The notes under the pieces are model-generated. The model had not been told where the DNA came from. It ran no database searches and was given only the letters and a program-made list of their open reading frames with translations. Position numbers and translations under genes: made by a program. Source: Candidatus Heimdallarchaeota archaeon B3_Heim (GTDB lineage: Archaea; Asgardarchaeota; Heimdallarchaeia; Hodarchaeales; Hodarchaeaceae). Taken from it: a stretch of 64,000 bases of DNA. Location: positions 2,556 to 66,555 of the forward strand of contig NJBF01000021.1 of the NCBI GenBank assembly GCA_003144275.1. Reading direction: 5' to 3'. Positions within the stretch are counted from its first letter, which is position 1, and each line of letters begins with the position of its first letter. This document shows, in pieces, positions 39,591 through 49,048 of the stretch.

Positions 39591-40139
39591 TTGGAAATGA
39601 ACTTAATGCCCAAGGAAGAAAAGATTAGAACTGTTTCTACCATTCACGGCAAATCGTTTTCAGTCAATCTTGATGAAGCAAAATTACCATCAGGAAGAAT
39701 CACAGAACGGATTAGAGTAATCCATCCCGATGCATCAGCAGTTATACCCATATTAGATGATGGACGAATTATCCTAGTTAAACAATTCAGGTATTCCATC
39801 CAAGAAGAAATGTTAGAAATTCCCGCTGGGAAAATAGATAAAGGTGAAACTGCTGAAGAATGTGCAAGACGCGAGTTCGCGGAAGAAACGGGGTACTCCG
39901 TCTCTAATCTTGAATTCCTTCTCACGTATGTCCCTGCTATTGGATATAGTAATGAAAGATTACATATTTTCAAGGGAACAGACCTGAAAAAAATCCCTGA
40001 ATTTGAATATCCGTCAGATGAAATTTCAAGATTAGAAATACTTTCCTTAGCAGAAATTCACACAAAAATACATTCAGGTGAAATTCAGGATGGAAAAACA
40101 ATTGTCGCCATGGCCTTGTTAAGTAAATGCTTCAAATAA
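39591..40139 (+). CDS. NUDIX hydrolase (ADP-ribose pyrophosphatase-like)
   Basis: Nudix box GKIDKGETAEECARREFAEETGY. Confidence 0.75.
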   Translation: MEMNLMPKEEKIRTVSTIHGKSFSVNLDEAKLPSGRITERIRVIHPDASAVIPILDDGRIILVKQFRYSIQEEMLEIPAGKIDKGETAEECARREFAEETGYSVSNLEFLLTYVPAIGYSNERLHIFKGTDLKKIPEFEYPSDEISRLEILSLAEIHTKIHSGEIQDGKTIVAMALLSKCFK

Positions 40140-40257
40140 AAATTGTGGCTGAGAGCAATTTTTGTGATCGATCTATGAAAAAATATTTTCAGATAAGGCT
40201 AGTTTTCTTGAGTATTTAAACTATAAAATCTTATATAGGAAAAAGTACCTAGAAATA

Positions 40258-40360
40258 AGCTGGTATGCTAGGAACTTTTTAAAAAGGTTTTCTTGGTCTT
40301 CTCTCAAGTTCTGGATCTTAGGATACAGAAATCCTAGCATACCACTCCCTCCCCCCATTA
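40258..40360. repeat. Nested inverted repeats in the convergent NUDIX/sirtuin intergenic region. This is a candidate bidirectional terminator or small structured RNA.
   Basis: tggtatgctagga (40261-40273) pairs with tcctagcatacca (40332-40344), a 13-bp stem. There are inner ttaggat/atcctag arms. A ggtatg copy recurs at 40355, and a C-rich tract ctccctcccccc lies at 40345-40356. Confidence 0.3.
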
Positions 40361-40382
40361 TTAGGTATGTTTGTTTCATAAA

Positions 40383-41114
40383 TTACTTCTTTGTAATTTT
40401 AAAGCTTTTAGAAATGAATTCAGGTAATGTTTTCTCAACAGGTCCAAGAATTGTCTTATTCGTCTCCGAAGATAATGGGGTTAACTCCAGATTGAATTCG
40501 TACGTTTCTAAATTCATATTCCCCTCTTTAGCAATAAAGGGAAAATTATTCACCGGATAAACTATCCCTGATGTTCCAATAATAAGCAACACATCAGTTT
40601 CTTTTAATCTGTTATAGGAAAATTGAATAATTTCAGAATTCAATGTTTCATTAAACCACACTACTTTTGGTCTAAGCATAGAGTTACATTTGATGCATTT
40701 GGGAATTTCTGGATTACTAAAAGTTTCTGTAGGTTCCCAGATAGTAATGTCGTGACATTGAATGCATCTTCGCTGGAAGATTTCTCCGTGGAGATGAATT
40801 ACTTTACTTGAACCTGCACGCTCATGTAAATTATCAACGTTCTGAGTAAGCACTACAATATTATATCCAGAGGATTCTAAATTTTCTAGAGCCAAATGGG
40901 CCTCATTGGGCTTAGCCTGTGAGACTAATCCTAATCGCCAATAATACCACTCCCAAACTAGCTTGGGATTACGAGCAAAAGCCTGAGGGGTAGCTAAGTC
41001 CATAACATTATATTTCTTCCATAGTCCATTAGTACCCCTGAAAGTAGGAATGCCAGAGGATTGAGATACTCCAGAACCAGTTATTGCAGTTATTTTTGTG
41101 TCAAGCGATTTCAT
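40383..41114 (-). CDS. NAD-dependent protein deacylase, Sir2/CobB family
   Basis: GAGIS-type N-terminus (ITGSGVSQSSGIPTFRG). Zn ribbon CIQCHD...CIKCNS. Catalytic His in VIHLHGE. 243 aa. Confidence 0.8.
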   Translation of the reverse strand: MKSLDTKITAITGSGVSQSSGIPTFRGTNGLWKKYNVMDLATPQAFARNPKLVWEWYYWRLGLVSQAKPNEAHLALENLESSGYNIVVLTQNVDNLHERAGSSKVIHLHGEIFQRRCIQCHDITIWEPTETFSNPEIPKCIKCNSMLRPKVVWFNETLNSEIIQFSYNRLKETDVLLIIGTSGIVYPVNNFPFIAKEGNMNLETYEFNLELTPLSSETNKTILGPVEKTLPEFISKSFKITKK

Positions 41115-41319
41115 CCTAATCCACTCTCAAGACGAGTTGTAGTAATTATTATAGATAGGTTTTGTGATAACTTAGGATATAATACATACATTATTCGGTT
41201 CACAATTTATCACAAAAGAACATTAATTTATCAACACAAATGAAGGAAGAAGCAAAAAAGTAAAATCCAATATTGCAATCACTCACTTTAGGAAAAAGAC
41301 TCTATCCTGAGTTGACGCT

Positions 41320-42483
41320 GTGTACGATTTAAAGCAAAAAGGAGAAGAATTCTCTACATTATTAGTACCTGCGTTAGTAAAGATCATAAGAACACTCCAA
41401 CTACACGGAAAAGAAGTATTCATTATTGGAGGGGCCGTACGTGATTTCTTGTGCGGTCATCAGGTTAAAGATTTTGATGTTGCTACAAATGCTGTTCCTG
41501 AGCAAATTATTAAGTGGTTAAGTGAAGTAAATATAAAAACCAAGCCTATTGGGGGGAAATATGGAACTGTTCTGGCCATCAAAGGCAAAAATGCCTTCGA
41601 TATAAGTACATATAGAAAAGAAACATTTATTACATATGGACAACCTCCCAAGATCACATTTGTAGATTCTTTGGATGACGATTTAATTAGACGTGATTTC
41701 CGAATCAACTCGATATTATATGATCCTGAGAAAAGTGAAATCATCGATAAATATGGAGGTTGGGCTGATATTCAGAATCAATCAATCAGTATGATAGGAG
41801 ACCCAAATATTCGATTAAAAGAGGATGGATTGAGGGTAATTCGTTTAGCAAGATTCATGTCTAAGTTTAATTTAAACCCAGAACCTGAAATACTGGACGC
41901 AGTTCGTTTGGTAGGTGATTCAGTCAAGTTTAGAAGTACCAAGGTAATTCAAATAGAATTATTCAAATTTCTGCGTGTTAAGGACTTTCAGAAAGGATTG
42001 ATGTTGTTATTTGAAAATAAAATACTTCATGGTATTTTTCCCCATTATCCTTTCCAGTTGGCTTTTGAGGATCACAAGCATTTTTCCTTCTTGATTAATA
42101 ATTTTTGTTCTCTTCTGATTAGTGATGAATTAGCACGATTGTTCGGTGCATTATTGCTATTTTCAGATGAAGCTCAACTTAATGAATCCCATTTTGAACG
42201 TATAGGTGAAAATTTAGCACTATCAAATCGCCAACAACAGTTACTACAACGTTTATATGTATCTTGGAAAAATTTTCCTAGAAATAAAGATAGAAATGAA
42301 ATTAAAAGATGGGTAAGAGCAACTGGTATAAATACAAGTGAAATAGTAGCTAAAATCTTTTTTCTGAGTTTACTCAAAGTAGAAGATGCCGTACACGACC
42401 AAGAGGAGGAGTATCTGAAAACAATTCAGGAAATGGTGTCTAATCTTAAAACTGGGAAAAAAATAATTCCAGCTGAGGATTGA
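41320..42483 (+). CDS. Class II nucleotidyltransferase of the CCA-adding / poly(A) polymerase family (PolyA_pol head domain)
   Basis: Motif A IIGGAVRDFLCG...DFDV, motif B RRDFRINS, motif C DKYGGWADI, motif D EDGLRVIRLARF. Starts with GTG. 387 aa. Confidence 0.7.
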   Translation: MYDLKQKGEEFSTLLVPALVKIIRTLQLHGKEVFIIGGAVRDFLCGHQVKDFDVATNAVPEQIIKWLSEVNIKTKPIGGKYGTVLAIKGKNAFDISTYRKETFITYGQPPKITFVDSLDDDLIRRDFRINSILYDPEKSEIIDKYGGWADIQNQSISMIGDPNIRLKEDGLRVIRLARFMSKFNLNPEPEILDAVRLVGDSVKFRSTKVIQIELFKFLRVKDFQKGLMLLFENKILHGIFPHYPFQLAFEDHKHFSFLINNFCSLLISDELARLFGALLLFSDEAQLNESHFERIGENLALSNRQQQLLQRLYVSWKNFPRNKDRNEIKRWVRATGINTSEIVAKIFFLSLLKVEDAVHDQEEEYLKTIQEMVSNLKTGKKIIPAED

Positions 42484-43751
42484 TTCATATACCAATTCAG
42501 TATCAGGAGGTTAAAACTTCTGGAAAAGTCATTAATATATATGAAAATCCCGATTCTTGGTTTTGGCTGAGCGCATCAATAAATCCTTATAGAGGATGTG
42601 AGCATAACTGTTCGTATTGTGATGGTAAGGCGGAATGGTATAGAATCGACAGATTTTCTTCTCATATACGAGTAAAGACTGACTCTCATAGAAAATTTGA
42701 AAAAGAGCTGCTGACTCTTGGGTATATCCCTAAAGAAAGACCGTCACTAGATAAATTTTTCCAACAATCGTCATCCCATATTGTAGCTCCTAAAAAACAA
42801 CTTTCCTTATTTGCCATCGGTGGAGGGGTCTGTGATGTATATCAACAAGCAGAAGAAAAATATAAAATTACTCGAAAACTTCTCCAAGTAGCACACAAAT
42901 TCATGATTCCTATTTCAATTCTGACTAAGAGTGAAATGGTTGCTCGCGACCTTAAACTTATTCAAAAAATTAGTACTCAGTCTTACGCAAATGTTTCGTT
43001 TTCTATTACTCAGTTTGATGATGAAGTCCGAAAAGTTTTCGAACCAAACTCTTCCTCTACTGAGAATCGTTTTGATACACTTGAATTAATTAGAAAGAAC
43101 GATATTCCTGGAGGAATTATGCTTATGCCTATTCTTCCTGGAATTGGGGATACAGAGGAGAATTTGAGAAATATTATAAAAAAGGGGAAAGATATTGGGG
43201 CAAATTTCGTCCTTCCAGCAGGTCTAACCTTAAAACCAGGAAGGAATAAAGACGAGCTGCTTACCACAATCCGAAAAAATTATCCAGAATTTTCACCCCA
43301 TTATGAACACCTATATTCAAATAATAACAAATATGGCATTCCAATAAGAAATTCAAAATTTTCCCGTAATGGAGCCAAAATTGTTCATGAATTCTGCCGT
43401 AGGTATGACATTCCAGATAGAATTCCGCGATATCTGTCACCGTGGGCTATTAAGGTTAATTATGTAATTAGCACTATTCTGTTCAACTTGGCGTATTATT
43501 TCCAATATGTAAGTGAACAAAAGTGGCGGAAAATAGCTAATTTTTCAAAAACTGCTCGTGTTATTGAACAATCATCACAATCTGTCGCTTCGTTATCTAA
43601 AAAAGAGCTTAGAAATTTAATTTCGGACGAAACAGTTTTGGAAGTTGTAGAAGAAATATTATACAAAGGTAAATCAACGGTACTCTCTCAATATCAAAAT
43701 CCTGGGGATGTGTTTGAGGGAAATCAATCCATTGAAGATTTTCTCTCTTGA
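42480..43751 (+). CDS. Radical SAM protein, SplB-like (COG1533, spore-photoproduct-lyase / DNA repair photolyase-like family)
   Basis: NPYRGCEHNCSYCDG, a CxxxCxxC cluster in the characteristic COG1533 context. Its start overlaps the preceding gene's stop by 4 nt (ATGA). Confidence 0.7.
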   Translation: MIHIPIQYQEVKTSGKVINIYENPDSWFWLSASINPYRGCEHNCSYCDGKAEWYRIDRFSSHIRVKTDSHRKFEKELLTLGYIPKERPSLDKFFQQSSSHIVAPKKQLSLFAIGGGVCDVYQQAEEKYKITRKLLQVAHKFMIPISILTKSEMVARDLKLIQKISTQSYANVSFSITQFDDEVRKVFEPNSSSTENRFDTLELIRKNDIPGGIMLMPILPGIGDTEENLRNIIKKGKDIGANFVLPAGLTLKPGRNKDELLTTIRKNYPEFSPHYEHLYSNNNKYGIPIRNSKFSRNGAKIVHEFCRRYDIPDRIPRYLSPWAIKVNYVISTILFNLAYYFQYVSEQKWRKIANFSKTARVIEQSSQSVASLSKKELRNLISDETVLEVVEEILYKGKSTVLSQYQNPGDVFEGNQSIEDFLS

Positions 43752-43755
43752 ATTC

Positions 43756-44889
43756 TCAAGAACCAGTATTTAAAATATCATTAAGCCTCGTTCCAATTAC
43801 TTCTGTTTTAGCTGTCCCTCCTAGATCGAATGGTAAGTATTTTCCCTCAAGCAGTAGTTCTTGGACAGCTTTTTCAATTTCATACGAAGCTTGGCTAAAC
43901 TTAGTTAACCCCTTTTTTCGACTTAACCACTCTAACATCATTGAGGCAGCGAGTATTGCTGCTATTGGATTTGCAAGGTGTTTTCCCGCGATATCTGGAC
44001 CACTTCCATGAATTGGTTCAAATAATCCTTGTGAATCGGGTGACCAACCATTAATTTGTCCGGAAGGTGCCATTCCCATTCCACCAGCAAACACACTTGA
44101 AAGATCAGTTAATATATCCCCAAACATATTTGTGGTGACACATACTGAATATTTTTCTGGGGATCTAAGTATGTCTTGAGCAAAAGCATCGACCAAAATG
44201 TCGTTTGATTCAATATTTGAATATTCTGAGGCAATAGAATAAAATTCTCGTGTGAAGAGCTGGCATCCTCTGAGGATATTATTTTTATGAATTGCTGTGA
44301 CTCTTTTTTTTCCATCAATGGGAGCAACTGATTTTTTCTCTTCTGAATATTGAAAAGCCAGACGAATAATTCTTTGAGAATTTTGTTTAGTAATAGAACG
44401 AGCATCGATTACCTCATCATTATTTTCATTTACTGGTTGTTTTCCGAATGGAGAGGAGTACAATCCTTCAGTATTTTCCCTGAATATTGTAAAGTTTATA
44501 TTGGATGGTTCCCAACCTTTTGTAAATTTATTAGATACTTTATGCTTTACACCTGCGTATAATTTTGTAGGTCTGATATTTGCATATAAATCTAGTCCAA
44601 GCCGCAGTCCTAAAACTATATTTGCCCCAGCTATATTATTATCAGGAAGTCGAGCCTTCGGATGACCTATTGCACCCAAGAATATCGCATCAGCTTCATT
44701 ACATAGCTCATACGACCCATCTGGCCATTCTTGACCATGTTGTAGATAGTAACTACCTCCTTCTATTTCAGTTATTTCAAGATTCAAATCGAATAGATCA
44801 TTGACACGATTTAAGATCTTGATTCCTTCCGAAACCACCTCTGGGCCAATAAAATCTCCTCCTATTGCGACAATTTTAATATTAGTCAT
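43756..44889 (-). CDS. Isocitrate / 3-isopropylmalate / tartrate dehydrogenase family (beta-decarboxylating dehydrogenase)
   Basis: The N-terminal IKIVAIGGDFIGPEV, followed by NLRP-like and GSAPDIAG-like blocks (IHGSGPDIAGK), is diagnostic of the family. The substrate is not assignable by eye. Confidence 0.75.
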   Translation of the reverse strand: MTNIKIVAIGGDFIGPEVVSEGIKILNRVNDLFDLNLEITEIEGGSYYLQHGQEWPDGSYELCNEADAIFLGAIGHPKARLPDNNIAGANIVLGLRLGLDLYANIRPTKLYAGVKHKVSNKFTKGWEPSNINFTIFRENTEGLYSSPFGKQPVNENNDEVIDARSITKQNSQRIIRLAFQYSEEKKSVAPIDGKKRVTAIHKNNILRGCQLFTREFYSIASEYSNIESNDILVDAFAQDILRSPEKYSVCVTTNMFGDILTDLSSVFAGGMGMAPSGQINGWSPDSQGLFEPIHGSGPDIAGKHLANPIAAILAASMMLEWLSRKKGLTKFSQASYEIEKAVQELLLEGKYLPFDLGGTAKTEVIGTRLNDILNTGS

Positions 44890-45111
44890 TTTACTATTAA
44901 ATCTTCCTTATTTCATGGCTGAAACTATTGAATAAGACAATTTTATTTAATTCAACATTCAAAAGGGTGTTGGTATCATTTTCTATTGAGTTTTCTTGGA
45001 AATATGTTTAACTTTAGGTGTATAGACTAGTTTCTGTGAAACCTATATTTATTAAATTTCAGGGTAAGGTTAAAACGTTTGGAAAAATGAGCGATTGAAA
45101 AGGAATTTGTC

Positions 45112-45825
45112 ATGAATTACGATATAAAGTTACAGAACGTCTCAAAATATTATGCAATGGGTAATTCTAAAGTCAAAGCTCTGGAAAATCTTTCCCTCGA
45201 GATTGATCACGGAGAAATTGTTGTATTCTTAGGACCATCTGGATCGGGGAAAACTACACTATTGAATCTTGTAGGCGCTCTCGAAAATGCGACTAATGGT
45301 ATGATTACAATTGGAAATAAAGAAATAACACAGATAAAAAGACAAAAACAATTCACCTATAGACGTGAAACAATTGGTTTCATTTTTCAAACCTTCAACC
45401 TTTTTCCAACGTTATCAGCTTTAGAAAATGTTCAGTACGTCGCTGATCTTGCCAAATTAAAACGAAGTAAACAGAAAGCAATTGAAGCGTTACAAATAGT
45501 AGGTTTGGGGGAACGAATTCGTCATTTTCCTCATCAACTTTCTGGTGGAGAACAACAACGAGTTGCTATTGCTCGTGCATTAGTCAAAGATGCCCCCATT
45601 ATATTGGCTGATGAACCAACTGGAGAATTAGATTTCAAAACCGGTAGACAAATTTTGTCACTTCTTGTTGAGCAGAAGCAGACGAAGAAAACAGTTCTTT
45701 TAGTAACGCATAATCGTGAGATATCAAGACTAGCTCATCGTGTAATTGAACTTCAATCTGGACAAATAGTAGCTGATGGACCCCCAAAAGATGGTACAGT
45801 AAGTATTGATAATCTGGAATGGTGA
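45112..45825 (+). CDS. ABC transporter ATP-binding protein (MacB/LolD-type)
   Basis: GPSGSGKTT, LSGGEQQRVAIARAL, LADEPTGELD. 237 aa. Confidence 0.85.
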   Translation: MNYDIKLQNVSKYYAMGNSKVKALENLSLEIDHGEIVVFLGPSGSGKTTLLNLVGALENATNGMITIGNKEITQIKRQKQFTYRRETIGFIFQTFNLFPTLSALENVQYVADLAKLKRSKQKAIEALQIVGLGERIRHFPHQLSGGEQQRVAIARALVKDAPIILADEPTGELDFKTGRQILSLLVEQKQTKKTVLLVTHNREISRLAHRVIELQSGQIVADGPPKDGTVSIDNLEW

Positions 45826-48304
45826 TTACATGGTACAGCTCAAATTTTTGCTCCGTTGGTCGTTCCGAGACTTAAGGGAACGAAAATTCCAGGTACTTGC
45901 GCTCTCAATAATCATTGGATTGGGAACGGGCGCCTATGTGGGTTTAAGCAGTACAACTCCTTGGAGACAGTACGCATTTGACCAAAGTAATGAAAAACTG
46001 CATATGTTCGATCTTAAGATGGAGTTAGCATTTGGAAGTTGGGTTAATCAAACTCGACTTAGATCGGCTTTGAATAGTTTACCTCATGCTAATTGGATAG
46101 AGGCCATGGAGCTAAGAGTAGTTTTTCCGATTTCCGTCAATGCTTCAACTGAGAATAAAACGATTCTAGTGAATGGTAGAATTATTGGAATAAATGTTAC
46201 TTCAGGGTCAGAAAATTTAGAGGTAAATGGAATAGAAGTAGTTGATGGAAGAAATATCAACTCTTCTGAAAATAATGCCTCAGTTTGTATTATTGAATAT
46301 AACTTTGCTCAATATTATAATCTTCAACCTAAGGACCAAAATATTGTCATACCGGGTGGAATGAATCTTTCCTTTATCGGTAGTGGTCTCAGCCCCGAAT
46401 ATTTTATGGTAATAGAAGGTAATGCCGTCAAAGCCGAGGCAGTCTTTTGTGCATTATTCGTACCAATGGAAACAGCTCAAAGAATTTTGTACCAACAGGT
46501 TGGGTTACCCTTGGGTCATGTTAATGAAGCTATCTTCCTTATGTCGTCAGAAGCCGATTTCAATATCATTGAAACAGAAATTTCGGAAGCATTTGAGAAT
46601 GATTTTCCTACAATTGATGTTAAATTTACTGAAAAAGACGAATATCCAGCATATCGTATCCAGAAAGAAGATATCCCTACGGATCAACAAATGTATTTCA
46701 TAATTTCTTTTCTAATTCTTTTAGCAGCTGCTTTTGGTACATTTAATCTTGTTTCAAGAGTTATTAATTCTCATAGGCGTCAAATTGGAATAAATATGGC
46801 TCTTGGTGTACCTCCTTCACAATTGGCTATTCGTTATTTGATATTTTCTCTTGAAATCGCAATTGGGGGGGTATTTTTTGGCTTATTTCTTTCCCAATTT
46901 CTGGGTGAAAGACTTGGTTCAGTATTAGCAGAATTAATTCCTTTCCCTGTGTGGAAGGAATGGTTAGTGGTTGATTTATTTTTGCAGGGAGCGATTCTCG
47001 GTATACTAATTCCATTTTCTGCGACAGTTATTCCAATTTGGAGAGCAACAAGAGTTCGACCTATTCAAGCAATACAAACCAGTTACACACTTTCCACAGG
47101 TAAAGGGGCAGCTCCTCTGCTTGAACGAATTCATTTCCCTGGTTCCATATTTCTACAACTTCCATTCCGAAATTTTGCTAGAAATCCTCGTAGGACATTT
47201 TCCACTGTAATGGGAGTTGCCCTTTCACTCTCAGTTCTTATCGCAATTCTCTCTCTTCTTGATGGTGGTACTTATCTTCTTGACCGTGAGCAAGCTATTA
47301 TGGAGGGAAATTCACCAAATAGATTGCATGTTGGTTTAAACGATTTTTATAATACTTCAACAGAAACCGTTACAAATATGACTCAGAATAAAAAGGTGGA
47401 AAAAGCTGTGCCCGCCATTGAAATTCCTGGTACAATCATTGGGCCTAAGGATTCATTTTCACTGAGTATCCACTTCTTTGACCTTAGAAATGAGATTTGG
47501 ACTCCAGAATTAAGTGAAGGGACTGTAGAAACAACGTCATCCCAACCAGGTATTATATTATCCAAAAAAACTGCAGATGATCTTGATGTTACTGTAGGTG
47601 ACACTCTCACTCTTGAACATTTATTCCGTGAAACCTCATATCAATACTCAATGATGAATACAACGGTCGAAATAATAGGGGTCTATGGAAGTCAAGTACG
47701 ATTTTGGGCGTTCATGGATCTAACGGATGATAATATATTGAATTGTACAGGACTTATCAACTCCCTAATCTTACTCCCTAAACAGGGTGTATCAATTGAA
47801 TCAATTAAAGTGGACTTGTTCGAAATTCCCGGTTATAGTGGAGTGCAAACCATAATCAGACTTGTGGAGACTTACGAAGAATTGATTGAATTATTCACAT
47901 CAATTTTAACTGTAATTCAATATGCAGTCATGGCACTCGCTTTATTAATGGCATTTAATACTGCAACTATCAATTTTGATGAACGACTACGCGAATTTGC
48001 TACAATGGGTGCTTTTGGAACACCGATTAGGACATCAATCTGGATGATGATGGTAGAGAGTATTATTATTGGTGTATTCGGAACGTTATTTGGTTTTTAT
48101 CCTTTAGGATTGATCGTAATGGAGATTTTCCAAATCCAAATTCGGACTTCAATGCCAGAAGTAAATCTTGCTGGATTTCTCTTTCCTGATAGTATCGCGA
48201 TCATTCTCTTTATCGGGGTAGTACTTGTCGCATTAACACCTCTTCTTTCTATTCGTAAATTGGCTAAGATGGATCTTCCGTCAGCTCTTAGGGTGATTGA
48301 GTAG
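45806..48304 (+). CDS. FtsX-family ABC transporter permease with two FtsX modules and large extracytoplasmic domains
   Basis: At 832 aa. Each half has an N-terminal transmembrane helix, an extracytoplasmic domain, and a 3-transmembrane-helix FtsX-like bundle. Overlaps the ATPase gene by 20 nt. Confidence 0.7.
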   Translation: MIIWNGDYMVQLKFLLRWSFRDLRERKFQVLALSIIIGLGTGAYVGLSSTTPWRQYAFDQSNEKLHMFDLKMELAFGSWVNQTRLRSALNSLPHANWIEAMELRVVFPISVNASTENKTILVNGRIIGINVTSGSENLEVNGIEVVDGRNINSSENNASVCIIEYNFAQYYNLQPKDQNIVIPGGMNLSFIGSGLSPEYFMVIEGNAVKAEAVFCALFVPMETAQRILYQQVGLPLGHVNEAIFLMSSEADFNIIETEISEAFENDFPTIDVKFTEKDEYPAYRIQKEDIPTDQQMYFIISFLILLAAAFGTFNLVSRVINSHRRQIGINMALGVPPSQLAIRYLIFSLEIAIGGVFFGLFLSQFLGERLGSVLAELIPFPVWKEWLVVDLFLQGAILGILIPFSATVIPIWRATRVRPIQAIQTSYTLSTGKGAAPLLERIHFPGSIFLQLPFRNFARNPRRTFSTVMGVALSLSVLIAILSLLDGGTYLLDREQAIMEGNSPNRLHVGLNDFYNTSTETVTNMTQNKKVEKAVPAIEIPGTIIGPKDSFSLSIHFFDLRNEIWTPELSEGTVETTSSQPGIILSKKTADDLDVTVGDTLTLEHLFRETSYQYSMMNTTVEIIGVYGSQVRFWAFMDLTDDNILNCTGLINSLILLPKQGVSIESIKVDLFEIPGYSGVQTIIRLVETYEELIELFTSILTVIQYAVMALALLMAFNTATINFDERLREFATMGAFGTPIRTSIWMMMVESIIIGVFGTLFGFYPLGLIVMEIFQIQIRTSMPEVNLAGFLFPDSIAIILFIGVVLVALTPLLSIRKLAKMDLPSALRVIE

Positions 48305-48498
48305 TAAATAAATTCTTGAGGCAATTTTTAGTAATATTAGGGAAATATCAGGATCCAATTAGTCTCTATATTGGAAAAGAATAACTCTCAAATATCGTTT
48401 AACCTGTATGAAAAATCAAAATACTAAAATACTAAAAATTTAGATTCACACAGGATTCTCGAATAATAGACGTTTCTGTAAATTCTGGAAGTAAAAAT

Positions 48499-49017
48499 AT
48501 GAGTTTTCTTCGTCGACGTAAATCGAAGGTAAAAACCATCCGTAGTGATTCAAAACTTGATCTTCAAAAAGGAATGGAGGCTAGTAGGGAAGAACGAGGC
48601 AAACTTGGAGAAACTCGCCCTCTATCTAGAGAGCGCCCTCAATTAAGTTTGGAGGAAAAGATCACACGTCTTGAAGAGAGATTAAACACTGCAGAAACTC
48701 GAAGTAGTCCCCCTCAACATATTTCTGTCATAAGGAATCTTGCTAAAGGATACACCAAGCTTGGGAGTAAAGAAGATGCAGCTTATTATGCAAAAGCAGA
48801 AAATCTTTACAAACAATTTTCGGTATTGTACCCATTACACATGGAAAAAATTGATTGGCTTGCGTGGATTGAGGCAAGTGCAAAAGCAAGACTTATTCGA
48901 GAAGCAAGAATTCTTTTAGCTGAAGCTCGTCTTCTTTTCCCTGGTGATGTCCAATTCGATGAGGTCGAAACAAAAGTTCTTCACATTGATCATGGTAAAG
49001 CTGACGAAAGTACCTAA
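48499..49017 (+). CDS. Hypothetical protein with a basic N-terminus and a coiled-coil-like segment
   Basis: At 172 aa. MSFLRRRKSKVK..., then Glu/Arg/Leu-rich heptads. Confidence 0.35.
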   Translation: MSFLRRRKSKVKTIRSDSKLDLQKGMEASREERGKLGETRPLSRERPQLSLEEKITRLEERLNTAETRSSPPQHISVIRNLAKGYTKLGSKEDAAYYAKAENLYKQFSVLYPLHMEKIDWLAWIEASAKARLIREARILLAEARLLFPGDVQFDEVETKVLHIDHGKADEST

Positions 49018-49048
49018 CTCCCTTTGATTCCTCATATCTACTTCTTAT

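Noticed and set aside
40383-41114. Interpreting the SIR2-domain gene, and the nearby NUDIX gene, as components of a Thoeris/DSR-like antiphage system.
   Set aside because: The protein is a compact 243-aa canonical sirtuin with the Zn-ribbon and catalytic His of CobB-type deacylases. It has no SLOG/TIR partner or N-terminal effector fusion. A housekeeping role is far more likely.
42480-43751. Interpreting the radical SAM gene as a prokaryotic viperin.
   Set aside because: The Cys cluster context NPYRGCEHNCSYC matches the SplB/COG1533 family, not the CNYxCxFC context of viperins.
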